64,000 bases of DNA from Alphaproteobacteria bacterium. GTDB taxonomy: Bacteria; Pseudomonadota; Alphaproteobacteria; Rs-D84. Below, piece after piece: positions 1 to 9,283 of this stretch. Made by a program: the position numbers and the translations under genes. Where the stretch lies: NCBI GenBank assembly GCA_015062525.1, contig SUUM01000001.1:44796-108795 (forward strand), written 5' to 3'. The notes under the pieces were generated by a model. It had not been told where the DNA came from. It made no database searches and saw only the letters and a list, made by a program, of their open reading frames with translations. Numbering within the stretch: the first letter of the stretch is position 1; each line of letters opens with the position of its first letter.

Positions 1-1109
1 TAATCACCCGACCCCGGTTTCCAACCCGCTATAACCTTGGCAGACACAGTATCTTGTTCCGACGCACTGCCAAAAACCGTATCATGTCCCGAAAAATCAA
101 AGCCCTCACGCTCGGCTAAATCTGTTAAATCTGCCAAATTACTTCTGTTAAAAAATTTCCGCGATTGCTTGGTCAAAGACGCCACAGCGTTTATACATTC
201 CACAGAACCCGAACCGTATAAAACGCACTTCGCCTGCGCTGCATTCACCTGACTTTCATCCGCCCAATTCAGCCAACCATCCGCCAGACTACCGGTCGCA
301 TTCACACCACTTGCCGTTATTGCGGCAACCCCAACGGGCCTCCCCCCCTCCAACGGGTCCCCGGGGAACGGCAACCCCGACAAATCATATGGCGCCTTGT
401 CACTGGAAAGACGAATCGTTTCCAACCCCATATAACCACGTGCCATAGAATTGTAAGCATATGCCATCATCAAATAATTAAAGGGCTTCATAAAATCAAA
501 ATCATATTCAAAGGCCCCCGAACTCCACAAATTCACGTCATCACACTCACCGGTTGTGGCATTACAGGCTGGGCCATACGGCAATTTTGCAAATGCCTGA
601 CTGGCACCCCCACCACTTGAATCATCCCCGCCGGGATTATTATTCGGGCGGTCGCCACCACCACCCGCCGAATCGTTATCGTTGCCCGGGTCAAAGACAT
701 CCGTCAACAAAAACAGCCCCCCTACAACAACGGCGGCACCCGCCGCCGCTAAACTTATGCTTTGGGCAGACGACAGTCCGCTGAACAATCCCCCGCCCCC
801 CTTGGGCTTGTTTTTATTATTAAAATTCTTAATCTGACGGTCGCAATTCGATGCGTCCGCCCCATACATTTGCAAAATCTGCGCTGCACGCACATCATTA
901 TTCATCAACGCAGTACAAACGATTGACAACCCCGTTGAATCCACAAAATTCACATTCGCGCCATTATTCACCAACGCCTGAACCTGTTGAATATCCGCAG
1001 ATTTCGCCGCCGCCAACAATTGTGCCGCCAACATAAAATCATTTGATGCCCCAGACGCAACAAACGGTGCCATGAACAACGAAAAAAATAAAACCCTGAT
1101 AAATTTCAT
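1..1109 (-). CDS. Secreted ankyrin-repeat protein, N-terminal part (runs off the left edge of the window)
   Basis: Manual translation from ATG at 1109: MKFIRVLFFSLFMAPFVASGA (signal-like), then LLAAAKSADIQQVQALVNNGANVNFVDSTGLSIVCTALMNNDVRAAQILQMYGAD (ankyrin-like), a hydrophobic Gly/Ala segment and a Gly/Asn linker. Not in the ORF track, presumably because no stop lies in the window. Confidence 0.75.
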   Translation of the reverse strand, partial: MKFIRVLFFSLFMAPFVASGASNDFMLAAQLLAAAKSADIQQVQALVNNGANVNFVDSTGLSIVCTALMNNDVRAAQILQMYGADASNCDRQIKNFNNKNKPKGGGGLFSGLSSAQSISLAAAGAAVVVGGLFLLTDVFDPGNDNDSAGGGGDRPNNNPGGDDSSGGGASQAFAKLPYGPACNATTGECDDVNLWSSGAFEYDFDFMKPFNYLMMAYAYNSMARGYMGLETIRLSSDKAPYDLSGLPFPGDPLEGGRPVGVAAITASGVNATGSLADGWLNWADESQVNAAQAKCVLYGSGSVECINAVASLTKQSRKFFNRSNLADLTDLAEREGFDFSGHDTVFGSASEQDTVSAKVIAGWKPGSGD

Positions 1110-1227
1110 CTATATTCTCTCTTACAAACAAAATCTTATCACAAGACCATTTTATCTGTCCAGACAAAAAAGCATAAAAAAAATCGGTCCGCCACCGCGA
1201 ACCGACCTAATACAACAAAATCAGAAA

Positions 1228-1968
1228 TTATTTAGACCGTGTAATAAACACAGACGTAAATTGAACTTTCTGTACCTGACGTGCACGCGCCAATGAATCC
1301 GCCGCGATTAATGCCGCCGGCGTATTAACAACAACAGTGTTGCCATTACCCACGACAATTGCGCCATTATTCACAGAACCATTGTCCAGTTTAATATCTG
1401 TTTTGCCAGGATTCCCACCGGCGACAATTGCGCCATTATTCTGGGAATTATTCAGGCTGATATTTGTTACACCCGCGCACCCTGGGTTAACAGGAGCCTG
1501 TTGAACAATAACAATTGTATCTGGCTTTACCATCACCACAGGTGCTGGCTTTACAGGCGCAGGTTTTACCGGTGCTGGTTTCGTTGGCTTGCGCTTGGAA
1601 TTACGACAATCCGTTAATTCTTCGTTAACAATCAGCAAAGAATCATTCAATGTTGCAATTGAATCACGTTGCATAGCGATTGTATCAGACTTTGCTGCAT
1701 TATCAGATTGCAAACCATCAATCTGATCATGCATGTCTTGCACTTGAGTACTCAAACTATCTGCATATGCATTCGTCGTAGCCAGTTCAGATTCCTTTTT
1801 TTCTTTTTCTGCACGTTCTGCCATTTTACCACTGCATTGTGTCACGCCAATCGCAATCAGTGCAACCGTTGCGACACCCGCCGCGACATGAATAATCCAC
1901 CATTTTTTTGTTTTACCCGTCCCTGTTGCTGGTGTTGGTGTCGGGGTCGGTGTTGGTGTAGTTGCCAT
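1228..1968 (-). CDS. Membrane-anchored hypothetical protein (TP repeat, TM helix, coiled coil, PAPVK repeats, Asn/Gly-rich C-terminus)
   Basis: 246-aa ORF with AAGGA SD upstream; domain layout read from the translation. Confidence 0.75.
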   Translation of the reverse strand: MATTPTPTPTPTPATGTGKTKKWWIIHVAAGVATVALIAIGVTQCSGKMAERAEKEKKESELATTNAYADSLSTQVQDMHDQIDGLQSDNAAKSDTIAMQRDSIATLNDSLLIVNEELTDCRNSKRKPTKPAPVKPAPVKPAPVVMVKPDTIVIVQQAPVNPGCAGVTNISLNNSQNNGAIVAGGNPGKTDIKLDNGSVNNGAIVVGNGNTVVVNTPAALIAADSLARARQVQKVQFTSVFITRSK

Positions 1969-2102
1969 TTTTTATCCTTTTTGTTATCTTACACACCCTA
2001 ATATAGACAAACGAACACAATTTGTCAATACTAAAATTAAAAATCTTTTTCTCTTTGCACCGAATACCCTTTTTTGATATAATTCAGACCAATAGAGAGA
2101 AT

Positions 2103-2990
2103 ATGAAAAACATTAATATAAATTTTGGTTGCAAAATTGCTCTTTGCTCTTTGTTCTTTGCGCTTTGTTATGGCGCGACGGATGCCGCCACAACCTGTTC
2201 ACGGGCGAATTTAACACGTTGTTTGGATTCGGTCTGTGCGATTGGTCTGTCATCAAACCCATCTGCCCGGTGCCAGTATTGTGGCACATCCGCGGCGGGC
2301 GCGGCACCGAAAAATGTGATGAAATCCGTATCCGCGGGCGCGTCCGCTAAATACAATATTTCTGACAAGGATTTGAAAAAGGCCCCAACCGACCCCGGTC
2401 AACGCTATGCTTGGGCAACAACGCAATGTATAAAAAAGGTTGCGGGCTGTACCGCTGACGATGTAACCGACACATACGACAGTCTTATTGAACAATCATG
2501 TCGCGCCGCGGGTGTGTCGACCCAATTAACTAAAACATTAGAAACGGTTGCAAAAACAAAATCAAAAACTGCATGCCAATCTGAAATTACCAACTGTGTA
2601 ATCGCGGACAAAAATTGCATGGCCGATTTCCGCAATTGCGCAGAAAATTCCGACTTTGATAAATTCTTTGCGGCATGCGGTGTGGAAAACGCCGGATGCG
2701 ACGAACACATCGCGTCAATCCGTGCGGATTTGATTGCCGAACGCGACAATGCGATTAAGAATGCGGAATCAATCCTGAATCAGATTGTTGCATCATACCA
2801 ATCGGCACGCGAAAAAAAGATTTCATCAATAAAATCAGGGTGCTCTGACAATTCCGCGCGTGATAAATGTGTTGCAACGGTCTGCGCGAACAACATGACC
2901 AATGGCTGTGGCGTGGGATACGAATCGGAAAAATCTATGTCAATTCAGTTATGTAAATTCTATGAAATTGCATGCGCAACAATTGACTAA
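2103..2990 (+). CDS. Cys-rich secreted hypothetical protein
   Basis: ORF 2022..2990; likely start ATG at 2103 after AGAGA; hydrophobic signal region and many paired Cys. Confidence 0.75.
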   Translation: MKNININFGCKIALCSLFFALCYGATDAATTCSRANLTRCLDSVCAIGLSSNPSARCQYCGTSAAGAAPKNVMKSVSAGASAKYNISDKDLKKAPTDPGQRYAWATTQCIKKVAGCTADDVTDTYDSLIEQSCRAAGVSTQLTKTLETVAKTKSKTACQSEITNCVIADKNCMADFRNCAENSDFDKFFAACGVENAGCDEHIASIRADLIAERDNAIKNAESILNQIVASYQSAREKKISSIKSGCSDNSARDKCVATVCANNMTNGCGVGYESEKSMSIQLCKFYEIACATID

Positions 2991-3007
2991 GGGACAAGAC
3001 AATATAA

Positions 3008-4300
3008 ATGAAACGACACAACAATATCTTTTCAATAAATAATAAACATTGCTCTTTGCTCTTTGCTCTTTGCGCATTCGTTGCGCTGTGCGCAACCTCA
3101 CATGCGGCGGTTGTATCACGCACCCAGCGTCCATCAAACGCGGCCCGCATGCCAACAATAACTGCACAAATTCAAAACACAGGAACAACCACAACAACAT
3201 CCGTTGGCACACCAACCGCACCGGCATCTGTTGAACCAGAAATTACAGAAACAACCGAACCAGAAATTATTATCGAAGACAAATCATCCCAGTTCAGCGA
3301 ATTTATGGCGGAAACCACCACATCCACAAACGATAAATCAAACACCGCATTAGCCGAACAAATCCGTGCCCAGCGCGCGGCCCTGGACGCAGCGGACGCG
3401 GCATCTGCGGCAAACAACCAAATGGCGGCGGCACGCGCATCGGGCCAAAACGCATGCGACGCGAATTTGCGGGCATGCATGAAACAAAAATGCGGAAATG
3501 ATTATTCTAAATGCGCGGGCGACACGGACACCATGTGGGGCACCAAAATGGACGCATGTCGGCGCGACTTGCCGTGTACGGGTGCGGAATACGCCATTTT
3601 TGCACCTGAAATCAAAGCAGACCGCGACATGAACGCGCGCGTTGCATCATATAACGCAATTATTGACTGTGGCAATCAGTATAATAACTGCATAGTCACC
3701 GAATGCGGACAAAAATTTACCAAGTGCCTGGGGAAACGTGCGGGTGATGCCGCCATTTCTAAATGTTCAAAAATCGCAAACAGTTGCAAGGAACGGGACA
3801 GTGGCCTGGCCACGCGCACAATGGGTGTTTTTGGCGATCTGCGCGTTGACGCAGAAAAGCAAGTTGCCGCCGACGAAAAACGATTGTACGAATTGCGTGA
3901 TTTAATGCGCGACACATGCGGTCGCCTGGGGGCAATGTTTGACGAACGCACACTGGATTGTGTTTATACGGTCAATTTCTATGCGGGCGGCGACAATACC
4001 CTGTATGCATCGAAAAAGGCTTATGCCGGTTCCACATTCAGTTGCGACCCAAACTGGTTCGGTGTTGACATTACCACATTCAAAGAAAATGCGATGCGCC
4101 TGACACGCGAACAAACATCCGCCACATCTGCATTAATGGGGTCTGGCATTGGTATGGGTGTTGGCGCGGTTACATCCGGTGCAACAGACCGCGCAATCGA
4201 CCGACACAAGGCAGAAAAGGCGTTAAAACAGGCAGAACAGGAACACAAAGAACTGTACGGCGACAAATCGGACAGCAACAAAGATTCTAACAAGAAATAA
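3008..4300 (+). CDS. Cys-rich secreted protein with Thr-rich linker and C-terminal glycine-zipper-like segment
   Basis: 430-aa ORF; signal peptide; CxxxC motifs; GSGIGMGVGAVTSG. Confidence 0.75.
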   Translation: MKRHNNIFSINNKHCSLLFALCAFVALCATSHAAVVSRTQRPSNAARMPTITAQIQNTGTTTTTSVGTPTAPASVEPEITETTEPEIIIEDKSSQFSEFMAETTTSTNDKSNTALAEQIRAQRAALDAADAASAANNQMAAARASGQNACDANLRACMKQKCGNDYSKCAGDTDTMWGTKMDACRRDLPCTGAEYAIFAPEIKADRDMNARVASYNAIIDCGNQYNNCIVTECGQKFTKCLGKRAGDAAISKCSKIANSCKERDSGLATRTMGVFGDLRVDAEKQVAADEKRLYELRDLMRDTCGRLGAMFDERTLDCVYTVNFYAGGDNTLYASKKAYAGSTFSCDPNWFGVDITTFKENAMRLTREQTSATSALMGSGIGMGVGAVTSGATDRAIDRHKAEKALKQAEQEHKELYGDKSDSNKDSNKK

Positions 4301-4322
4301 TTATAAAAGCAAACACATCACA

Positions 4323-7300
4323 ATGAAGAAATTATTAAGCATTGTTTTTATCTTTATACCCGTATACATTACATCGGCATCGGGTGCCAATACCAAGAAT
4401 GTGACTGCGAAATTGCTCTTGGGGGTGCCAAAACACGAGGACTCGGGCTATAAATACAAACCCTTGCGTACACTAGACGTATCTATCCAGGACAGCGATT
4501 GTACGTTCGACAATTCCAACCTCCCCTTCCAATATACATACACGGACGCAACACACATATCAATTGGTGCTATTGACCTTAATAAATTGCAGGGCAACAT
4601 TATAAAAAAAGAAATATCGCTAATCTGCAAAGAAGAAGCACCCCAACTGAGATTACAGTTTAGCTTTACCTATCAAGGTGGTAATGTTGATACAGAAGAT
4701 CAAATCACAATTCAACAGTTTAGTCTGAACAGTAGAATTGATAAAAATTCGGCACTTTTTAACGGTACGGTACCAACCTCATATCAGGAAAAACAGGAAA
4801 TAATAACCAATGCAGCTAAAAATCTTTGCTCAGGTGGCAGCTATACACAAACCAAGAATTCATTGTGTTGTATAAATGGCTTTTTCGATACCAACGACCT
4901 AGAAGTCAAAGAAGCATATCATAGCTTAAAATATCATGGAATAATACCATCTATTTGCCCCACCGACACCGGAACAATGAACGTTTCTGGAACTGTTGTG
5001 GATGAAAAAACCAACGAACCTTTACCTTATGCTAATATCGCTATTCTAGACAACCCATCAAAAGGGACATCCACCGACGAGAACGGAAATTTTACATTAT
5101 CAGACGTCCCACTAGATACAAAACTGAAAATTTTATTTGTTGACTATAAAACCAAGGAAATCTTTCCAGGTCAAAATATAACAATCAAAATGACTCCTAC
5201 CTCAACAACACTTTCTGAATTAAAGGTTATCGAATGTAGACCCGACACGAAAAATGGCATTAAAGCAAAGGAACGCATTGACGGCGAATGTTATCCATCC
5301 GAATGTGTGAAACCACGTTGGAAATTATCTGGCACGGACAAAGAAGCCAAATGCGTTAAAAAAGAATGTAAATTTGAACACGGCACGGGCGAATGGGTGC
5401 AAGAAGACAACACATGGGAATGCACGTTAAAGGAATGCGACACCGCCAAGGGATGGAAAAAGAACGACACCGGCAACACATGTATTGAAATGTTGAAAGA
5501 ATGCCGACCAGCAGACAAAAAAAGATTAGAATCAGCGGGCGCAACAAAAACCGGTATAAAAAAGGGAACCGAAACCTGTATTGCCCAGGAATGTAAATGT
5601 GGCTATGACCTTTCAAACGACCAATGTGTGGTATGGGCGGCGGACAAACAATGCACCACGGACACAAAACCAAAATTACCCGGGAATGCAAAATCCGCCA
5701 TTATGAAATGCGATGGCGAAAAAGCATACTGTGAAATCACCAACTGCAACGACGGGTACAAGGTCAGCGAAGATAAAAAATCATGTATCAGCACACGTGG
5801 CGATGACTGCGACGCAACTGCGGTGGACCCAAATGCCACCGCCGGCACAAATAAAAAAGTCAGGGGCAAAATGACATGCGTAATTACCGACTGCGCACAT
5901 GGTTTTGCACCAAACAAAGATGGCACAAAATGCGTCGCCGGTGAATTGTCCGAATCTGATTCCCTGGCAAAAATCGATGAACTGCGCGACAATGCCACGG
6001 CTATGCGGAACAAAGAACAGTCCACCGCCAACAAATTATTGGGTACGGCGGGCATTGGCGCAACCGGTATCGGTGGCATGCAAATGGCATCCGCCATGGC
6101 CGAAGAAAATGCAGACGCAGATGCCGAACGTGCAATGCGTGCATACCTGGCAACGTTCCATTGTAATTATGGTGCGGGCAAAAATATTGCGGGTGGCGAA
6201 ACAAACGTTGAATTACCGGGTGGGAACGAACTGATTAATTTATATTCAGAATATGTCAACCTGGCCAATGATTTAAAGGCACGCAAAACGGCACTTGATA
6301 TGCGTCCCGGGATTGAATCCGAATCAATTCTGGACGCGGCAACATCCGGTTTGTACGATGACGTTGCGATTGGCAAAACAAGTGGCGCATACACATCCCT
6401 GGCGCGCGCGTTGATGGACCCGAACGGGGCGGATGCCGCCGCATGGGCCGCACAAAAGGAAGAAACCGCCGACAAAAAGAAAACAGGTATGATTACCGCG
6501 GGCATTGGTGCGGGGGGATCATTGGTCGGCAACCTGGCCATCAATTCCGGCAAAGACAAACAGAACAAAGTTGATGAAATCTTGAATAAGTATGACAAAA
6601 AGAAACAGTTGCTGGATGAACTGGAATCCAATATTGCGGCATTGCCACCACAAACGGCCCCATGTCCAAACGGCACAACGGGCACCGCACACCCCGATTG
6701 CACATGCAATGACACAAACAAAATCTATAATCCAAACGCTCATGAATGCGAATCATGTGTCGGCGGTCAAATCGTCAAAGATGGCAAATGCGAATGCCCA
6801 ACCGATAAACAATTATGGGACACCCAAACCAGTCAATGTATTGCAAAACCAACCACGTGCACACCAGAATGCACCCCAACCGAAGGCAGTAATCTGATTG
6901 TTCAAAAAAATTGTTCGTGCACATGCATTAACGGTTATACATATAAAGACGGTCAATGCACATGCGAAGGCGACAATAAAGAACCTGGTACGGACGGAAC
7001 ATGCCACACAATTGAAACAAAAACAATTACTAAACATATTTCAACCCAAACAACAACAACGGTTGAAAACGCATCGTTGCCGGCCGGTTCGCTGTTCAAT
7101 GTTGGATCATCCGAACTAGTAGACGATGCAAAAACCGCCCTGAACACATTTATCAACGGCTTATCCGAGGCAGGTTATACAAATTGCGAAATCACCGTTA
7201 ACGGATACACCGATCCGCTGGGGGGGACAAAAATAAACCAAAATCTGTCCCAGAATCGTGCAAATGCCGTTAAAACACATATCGAAGGTCTGCAAAACAA

Positions 7301-7550
7301 GGCAATCAAATACGTCACCGCCACGGGGCTCGGCGAAGAAAAATGTACATGCGGTGCTGGTAAAAGCGAAACCGACACCGACGGTCAAATTAATGGAACT
7401 CAAATTAATTATAATGACCGTGAATACAGCGAATGTTCCGGCAAAGACAACAATCATTCTTTGAGGGGCAACGCACGCTATGCCCCATGTCGTCGTGTTG
7501 AAATTACCGCGGATTGCAAACAAATAACAACGGTAACCCAACAACAATAA
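4323..7550 (+). CDS. Large secreted mosaic protein: carboxypeptidase-regulatory-like domain, Cys-rich repeats, glycine zippers, C-terminal OmpA-like peptidoglycan-binding domain
   Basis: VSGTVVDEKTNEPLPYANI...GTSTDENGNFTL (CarbopepD_reg-like); LFNVGSSEL...VNGYTDPLGGTKINQNLSQNRANAV...RRVEI (OmpA C-terminal domain). Confidence 0.8.
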   Translation: MKKLLSIVFIFIPVYITSASGANTKNVTAKLLLGVPKHEDSGYKYKPLRTLDVSIQDSDCTFDNSNLPFQYTYTDATHISIGAIDLNKLQGNIIKKEISLICKEEAPQLRLQFSFTYQGGNVDTEDQITIQQFSLNSRIDKNSALFNGTVPTSYQEKQEIITNAAKNLCSGGSYTQTKNSLCCINGFFDTNDLEVKEAYHSLKYHGIIPSICPTDTGTMNVSGTVVDEKTNEPLPYANIAILDNPSKGTSTDENGNFTLSDVPLDTKLKILFVDYKTKEIFPGQNITIKMTPTSTTLSELKVIECRPDTKNGIKAKERIDGECYPSECVKPRWKLSGTDKEAKCVKKECKFEHGTGEWVQEDNTWECTLKECDTAKGWKKNDTGNTCIEMLKECRPADKKRLESAGATKTGIKKGTETCIAQECKCGYDLSNDQCVVWAADKQCTTDTKPKLPGNAKSAIMKCDGEKAYCEITNCNDGYKVSEDKKSCISTRGDDCDATAVDPNATAGTNKKVRGKMTCVITDCAHGFAPNKDGTKCVAGELSESDSLAKIDELRDNATAMRNKEQSTANKLLGTAGIGATGIGGMQMASAMAEENADADAERAMRAYLATFHCNYGAGKNIAGGETNVELPGGNELINLYSEYVNLANDLKARKTALDMRPGIESESILDAATSGLYDDVAIGKTSGAYTSLARALMDPNGADAAAWAAQKEETADKKKTGMITAGIGAGGSLVGNLAINSGKDKQNKVDEILNKYDKKKQLLDELESNIAALPPQTAPCPNGTTGTAHPDCTCNDTNKIYNPNAHECESCVGGQIVKDGKCECPTDKQLWDTQTSQCIAKPTTCTPECTPTEGSNLIVQKNCSCTCINGYTYKDGQCTCEGDNKEPGTDGTCHTIETKTITKHISTQTTTTVENASLPAGSLFNVGSSELVDDAKTALNTFINGLSEAGYTNCEITVNGYTDPLGGTKINQNLSQNRANAVKTHIEGLQNKAIKYVTATGLGEEKCTCGAGKSETDTDGQINGTQINYNDREYSECSGKDNNHSLRGNARYAPCRRVEITADCKQITTVTQQQ

Positions 7551-7552
7551 CC

Positions 7553-7578
7553 CACCGCCCCCGTGGCGGTGTTTTTTT
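7553..7578 (+). terminator. Rho-independent terminator
   Basis: CACCGCC-CCCGT-GGCGGTG followed by T7, right after the stop codon. Confidence 0.8.
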
Positions 7579-7579
7579 A

Positions 7580-8255
7580 GATAAATAAAAGTTTAGTTAA
7601 GATATTAATTTTTAGAAATCAAGCACCATTACCTGCCCCCGTCGGGCCCCGAAAAATTCAGATGAATTTTTTGGGTGACTTTGTGGGGCGGGACAGTTTT
7701 ACTTGACCCGCCTTGCGGGGCTTTAGTAAAACTTGGGTGGGGGCTAATATGACAAAACATTCAACACAAATTATTCGCGCAAAACAATTACGCAAAAATA
7801 TGTCAGACGCAGAAAGCAAATTCTGGTATCGAATTAATCGCAATCAACTAGGTGTAAAATTTCGCCGTCAACAACCAATCGGCCCTTATATTGTTGATTT
7901 TGTCTGTCATTCTCTAAGACTTGCAATCGAACTTGATGGTGACCAACACTCGCAAAACATCGCATACGATAACACCAGAACAGAATACATAGAATCCCAG
8001 GGCTATAAACTAATCCGTATTCCTAATACATATTTGACCCGCACAGGAATAGATGAAGTTGTTCATACTTTGCACAGGTGCATACAAGACAATCTGGATG
8101 TGCATAATTATTTTGTGTCTCGATATAACTAACACCCCCCACCCCGGAATTCCAACGCCAATAAATTGTCGGGAATTCCGCCCGCCCCACACACGGGGGC
8201 AGGTAATGGTGCTTAATTTCTAAAAATTAATATCTCTGTTAAACTTTTATTTATC
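7580..8255 (+). mobile_element. Inverted-repeat-bounded cassette carrying a DUF559 endonuclease gene (putative autonomous copy)
   Basis: 63-bp imperfect terminal inverted repeats at 7580-7642 and 8193-8255 (5 mismatches); nested inner inverted repeats; two internally deleted copies elsewhere in the window. Confidence 0.75.
7749..8132 (+). CDS. DUF559 (Vsr-like, PD-(D/E)xK) endonuclease-domain protein
   Basis: RAKQLRKNMSDAESKFW...GVKFRRQQPIGPYIVDFVC...LAIELDGDQH...YDNTRTEYIESQGYKLIRI matches the typical DUF559 signature; ATG at 7749. Confidence 0.9.
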   Translation: MTKHSTQIIRAKQLRKNMSDAESKFWYRINRNQLGVKFRRQQPIGPYIVDFVCHSLRLAIELDGDQHSQNIAYDNTRTEYIESQGYKLIRIPNTYLTRTGIDEVVHTLHRCIQDNLDVHNYFVSRYN

Positions 8256-8305
8256 GCGGTAATCATGGATTCCGCCACTAACCACTTGCACTTACACTAA
8301 CCACT

Positions 8306-8334
8306 AAAAAATCCCCGCAGACGCGGGGATTTTG
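8306..8334 (-). terminator. Bidirectional terminator of the recurrent AAAATCCC(C)GC...GCGGG(G)ATTTT type
   Basis: AAAAAATCCCCGC-AGAC-GCGGGGATTTT. Similar hairpins near 17442, 39099, 49710, 58071, 61852 and 63851. Confidence 0.75.
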
Positions 8335-8342
8335 TTTTAATG

Positions 8343-9044
8343 TTATTCCCGCCAGATGACGGATGGGAACATAGAATTTATTTTATCGCGCAATTGGGCA
8401 TCTGAAAAAAATACATCGCGTTGGGGCGCGGTTGTTTTGTGGTCATCGTCTTCGAAATGTGGAATGTATTTTTGAATGGCAACATTTTTTACCCCGCGCG
8501 ACGACAATATGCCCACAATTTCCAACAAATCATCGGTTGAAATAAAACGCGGGTCGCAGGTTATACGAACCTCGAAATCTTTGCCCGTGGTTTGCCATAC
8601 ATCAAGACTGCGAATCATATTGTCATATGCAATATGTTGACCGGTTAAATCGGGATATTTTTCACGTGTTGCTTTGAAATCCAGCCCAATCCAATCAACC
8701 GTGTCTGCGGCACGCGCCAGGGTATCGGGATAAAAACCATTGGTATGCAGACCAATTTTAAATCCCAACGCGCGAACACGACGCATATATTCGATAACAA
8801 CGTCCCCCTGCATCAAAGCCTCGCCACCGGAAAACACAACAGCCTCCAGCCGACCAACACGTGATTTCAACCATTCAAAAACACGCGCCGGGTCATATTC
8901 GCCTTCGCCCGTGGATAATAAATGGGGATTGGAACAATACACGCACCGCAACGGACATCCGACCAGAAACAGCACACATGCCAATTTGCCCGGATAGTCA
9001 ATGGTGGTGAACGGAACCAATCCCCCAATTTGTATTTCACGCAT
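8343..9044 (-). CDS. nrdG: Anaerobic ribonucleotide reductase activating protein (radical SAM)
   Basis: IGGLVPFTTIDYPGKLACVLFLVGCPLRCVYCSNP (CxxxCxxC), FSGGE; lies downstream of nrdD. Confidence 0.92.
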   Translation of the reverse strand: MREIQIGGLVPFTTIDYPGKLACVLFLVGCPLRCVYCSNPHLLSTGEGEYDPARVFEWLKSRVGRLEAVVFSGGEALMQGDVVIEYMRRVRALGFKIGLHTNGFYPDTLARAADTVDWIGLDFKATREKYPDLTGQHIAYDNMIRSLDVWQTTGKDFEVRITCDPRFISTDDLLEIVGILSSRGVKNVAIQKYIPHFEDDDHKTTAPQRDVFFSDAQLRDKINSMFPSVIWRE

Positions 9045-9050
9045 GGTAAA

Positions 9051-9233
9051 TTATGCCGCACGTTTTAATAAATCACAATGACGGGCCCCAGTGGACAAGC
9101 AATTCGATTCTGTGAATGTTTTGCGTTCGCAAAATTCAGAATATTTACCAATGTTAAAGTTTGACACAGGTCTGATAAATCCCATTGAACGTGAAAAAAC
9201 TTCGCATGGTGTTCTGTTGCAATTTGTTGTCAT
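9051..9233 (-). CDS. Stand-alone NrdD glycyl-radical domain peptide
   Basis: RTPCEVFSRSMGFIRPVSNFNIGKYSEFCER is the NrdD C-terminal RxxG[YF]xRP motif; has its own GGAGGA SD. Confidence 0.85.
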   Translation of the reverse strand: MTTNCNRTPCEVFSRSMGFIRPVSNFNIGKYSEFCERKTFTESNCLSTGARHCDLLKRAA

Positions 9234-9283
9234 ATCTTTCTCCTCCCTTTATATGATTTATTTTTATGATGTTATTTGTTTTG

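Noticed and set aside
7580-8255. Classical IS element
   Set aside because: No DDE or HUH transposase motifs and no flanking target-site duplication at any of the three copies.
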